Positions 61,529-64,000 of a stretch of 64,000 bases of DNA are shown here, in pieces (position 1 is the stretch's first letter; each line of letters opens with the position of its first letter). The translations under genes and the position numbers were made by a program. The notes below the pieces were generated by a model. It made no database searches. It was not told the origin of the DNA and saw only the letters and a program-made list of their open reading frames with translations. Origin of the DNA: Escherichia phage vB_Eco_F25. The DNA is taken from sequence record OP870144.1; one strand, 5' to 3'.

Positions 61529-61627
61529 AGTAAGCGTTTAATACATCAATCATTAAAACGATTGGGAATATACTCAAAACTACTAATATTATAACTACAT
61601 TCCATATAGCTTTAACAATCTTTTTCA
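61515..61627 (-). CDS. Small hydrophobic peptide (37 aa)
   Basis: MKKIVKAIWNVVIILVVLSIFPIVLMIDVLNAYFGFM from internal ATG; early promoter at 61657-61686 directly upstream. Confidence 0.4.
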
Positions 61628-61656
61628 TTTTCTGTTCCTCCGTAGTTGATAGGGTA

Positions 61657-61686
61657 ATAATACCACAGAGGAACAGTCTTGTAAAC
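61657..61686 (-). promoter_or_regulatory. Early promoter within the ndd-denB small-ORF cluster
   Basis: Minus strand GTTTACA-17-TATTAT. Confidence 0.5.
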
Positions 61687-61903
61687 AACTTTTTTAAAAA
61701 TATTCGTAATAAATGTGAATACCAATCACTACTGCCGAAACTTGCGCAACCCACCACGCACAAGCAATAAGTACAGAATTAAAAATTTTCATAATAACCT
61801 CATCACAAAAGTAAATGTTAAACAAATTAATGGAATACTAATTAACCAAACGAAACACCACCATAATGAACTCATAGTTCAATCTCAACGATTTTCATTT
61901 TAC

Positions 61904-62110
61904 TCAATAATCCGCTAAAAGATCGACGATTGCATCACGAAGACACTTATTCGCAATACGTTTAAGAGCAATTTCAGTTTCTGGAGCATTTTGAATAATC
62001 ATTGAATTCAATTCAGCCTCAGCAAACTGAAGTTCTTTAACTAATTCAGCTTTATATTTTCCTTGCCCTTTCTTAGCTTTTGCTCGTTTTAATTCAGCTG
62101 TAGTAAACAT
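61904..62110 (-). CDS. Hypothetical protein (T4 denB.1 position)
   Basis: 68-aa protein from internal ATG (MFTTAELKRAKAKKGQ…) with GGAG RBS; the longer track ORF would run through the early promoter at 62145-62174. Confidence 0.5.
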   Translation of the reverse strand: MFTTAELKRAKAKKGQGKYKAELVKELQFAEAELNSMIIQNAPETEIALKRIANKCLRDAIVDLLADY

Positions 62111-62144
62111 TTTATTCTCCAAATCTGTATCAGTTGATAGTTGT

Positions 62145-62174
62145 ATAGTACCACAGTCCTTGTGGTATGTAAAC
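62145..62174 (-). promoter_or_regulatory. Early promoter between denB and the denB.1-position ORF
   Basis: Minus strand GTTTACA-17-TACTAT; near-identical to the motA promoter. Confidence 0.55.
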
Positions 62175-62190
62175 TGTTTTGTGAAAATTT

Positions 62191-62748
62191 TTAAATGGAA
62201 AGATACCATCCGTTGTAGTTGCTTTTTCTCACAACCTTACGAAGGTCTTCTCTATCACCGATGAACTTCGGAGTGTACTGGATGACACCTGGATGAATTT
62301 CTTTAGTGTTGAATATAATTATACAGTCAGCGACTTGATGATTCAGAATGGGCCCTAGATTTATTCCAGAACCGTATGGATACTCCCCGCTGCATCCGGT
62401 TGTTACCGAAATCCAACGTGAGTCAGTTTGATGTGTCTTAACTTCTACACGAAGCCCGCAGTATCTTGGGTGTGCCAATACATCCCATGCGTATGTATAC
62501 GGGTCATTAACATCCTCTTGGCCTTTGTTAACATACCCGCTCAGCCAGTCTGCTACAAAAAATTCTGCGTACACAGCGATACGGCATCTTTCGATGACTT
62601 CTGCTTTATCCTGATTAGGATTTTGTTTTAAAGAGTATCTTGCTGTATCAGCAATTTTGACCTTCATTTCACTAGTCAAGTCACTGTTCGATAGTGTAAA
62701 TGTCGGAATCTGAAATAGTCTCTGTAAACCCGGATTCGTTTTCTGCAT
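62191..62748 (-). CDS. denB: Endonuclease IV (cytosine-DNA-specific)
   Basis: 185-aa ORF (T4 EndoIV length); recognised sequence MQKTNPGLQRLFQIPTFTLSNSDLTSEMKVKIADTARYSLKQ…. Confidence 0.9.
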   Translation of the reverse strand: MQKTNPGLQRLFQIPTFTLSNSDLTSEMKVKIADTARYSLKQNPNQDKAEVIERCRIAVYAEFFVADWLSGYVNKGQEDVNDPYTYAWDVLAHPRYCGLRVEVKTHQTDSRWISVTTGCSGEYPYGSGINLGPILNHQVADCIIIFNTKEIHPGVIQYTPKFIGDREDLRKVVRKSNYNGWYLSI

Positions 62749-62832
62749 TAAACTTTCCTTTTACGTCGGAATCACTGATATTCATACAAAATCATTGTTT
62801 CCCTTAAAACAAAAGGGCCGAAGCCCCTTATT

Positions 62833-63027
62833 TTATTTGAATTGTGCAATTCTTTTTTCTAAACACTCTGCGTAAGATTTCATTGAGATGAACTGTGAAA
62901 GCAGCAGTTCTTGCTCAACTGCACTAACCGTTAGAAACTTTGTGCTTTCTAAAAATTTGCTCAGTGCATTAATTTTGAGCATTAATTGATCGTATTCTTC
63001 TTTTACTCGTGCTTGATAACCTAACAT
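62833..63027 (-). CDS. Hypothetical protein (64 aa)
   Basis: ORF between rIIB and denB bounded by GC hairpins on both sides. Confidence 0.5.
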   Translation of the reverse strand: MLGYQARVKEEYDQLMLKINALSKFLESTKFLTVSAVEQELLLSQFISMKSYAECLEKRIAQFK

Positions 63028-63059
63028 AATTTTCCTTAATATGATAAGGGCCGAAGCCC

Positions 63060-63998
63060 TTATTTAAATTGTTCAGTAACGTCTTCAACTACTTCGTATT
63101 GGCAGGTACGCATTTTAGCATCGTTGTAATCAATCGGAATTGATACTACATCACGCGGATGTACTTTAACTTTTACAACTCGGCTAGTTGAACTACCAAA
63201 GTGACGAATATAAGATTTAGAACATACATGCAGACCACGAGAACAAGTTTGTGTATCATCGTCATTCACACGAGTACGCGGCATTTTAACTACTTTACCA
63301 GGACTGTTATCAAAGGTGTTTGAGTGACAGTCAAAGTAGTTGTCACGAACTACTTTCCAAGCATAGAAGTAACCATCTTCTGTAATTTCAATATCGTTTG
63401 CTACCAAGAAATCAAAGAGTCGAGATACCGCTTTTTGGCTTGGGTTTTCCAACAGATTTTCCAAGAACGGAAAATAAAATTCAAAGTTTTCACCTTTTTC
63501 CATCGAATCGAGAATACGATCAACTAAACCAGACCGTAATTCGATATTTTGATAGAACAAGCTTCCGCCTTCAATTCGAACATCGCCGGAAATATATTTT
63601 TCAACAGCGCGACGAACATTAATTTTTTGTGCCGCTTCTTCCAACTTATCTGCTACAAGCAGATTAAGAATTTCCTGGAAGTTTGAATGAGTATTAGGAG
63701 TTGCGTTATAAGTTACACCGTCAACAGTAATTGAAATGAATTTTTTAGAAGCATTCCAAATAATGTCAGATTTAGCAACTGGAGCAATAACTGCATCGCT
63801 ATTAACTTTAACTGTAATATCACCGCTAATAGTAACTTTAGAGCGTTTAGCTTCTTCAGCATTTTTCAAAACACGACGAATTGTGTCAACCGATACACCT
63901 TGCCAATCAGCCAATTCCTGTTGGGTGTAATTACCACTTGAATACAATTTAACAATTTCAGCTTGTTCGTTTTTGGTCAGGCATTTAATATTGTACAT
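63060..63998 (-). CDS. rIIB: rIIB protein (rapid lysis / Rex exclusion phenotype)
   Basis: 312-aa ORF (T4 rIIB length); sequence MYNIKCLTKNEQAEIVKLYSSGNYTQQELADWQGVSVDTIRRVLKN… recognised. Confidence 0.93.
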   Translation of the reverse strand: MYNIKCLTKNEQAEIVKLYSSGNYTQQELADWQGVSVDTIRRVLKNAEEAKRSKVTISGDITVKVNSDAVIAPVAKSDIIWNASKKFISITVDGVTYNATPNTHSNFQEILNLLVADKLEEAAQKINVRRAVEKYISGDVRIEGGSLFYQNIELRSGLVDRILDSMEKGENFEFYFPFLENLLENPSQKAVSRLFDFLVANDIEITEDGYFYAWKVVRDNYFDCHSNTFDNSPGKVVKMPRTRVNDDDTQTCSRGLHVCSKSYIRHFGSSTSRVVKVKVHPRDVVSIPIDYNDAKMRTCQYEVVEDVTEQFK

Positions 63999-64000
63999 AA

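Overview
This window is a contiguous 64-kb segment of a T4-like (T-even) Escherichia phage genome, collinear with the T4 map from the 3' end of gene 22 to rIIB. Identification rests on direct recognition of many protein sequences in the six-frame track: the capsid genes 23/24, hoc/inh, uvsW/uvsY, the baseplate genes 25-26-51-27-28-29-48-54, alt, DNA ligase 30, rIII, 31, cd, pseT, alc, rnlA, denA, nrdB/nrdA, the intron-split td gene carrying I-TevI, frd, 32, 59, 33, dsbA, rnh, tail fibre genes 34-38, holin t, asiA, arn, motA, 52, stp, ndd, denB and rIIB. Late genes lie mostly on the + strand behind TATAAATA late promoters; early and middle genes lie on the - strand behind GTTTAC-N17-TAnnnT early promoters and MotA-box middle promoters, with GC-rich tetraloop hairpins in many intergenic gaps. 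I see no CRISPR array, tRNA, rRNA or integrase. I did not find a clearly new multi-gene system; the most notable points are lineage-specific differences from T4 as I recall it: a 119-aa ORF inserted between frd and td, an uninterrupted nrdB with no mobE or segD, a T2-type gp38 adhesin, a 357-bp ORF-free gap upstream of a small basic protein, a NADAR-like and a HAD-like protein in the gene 30 accessory island, and an Stp peptide whose C-terminus looks like an inverted hairpin loop. All coordinates were derived by hand from the printed sequence; no database search was run, so comparisons to T4 rely on recalled knowledge.
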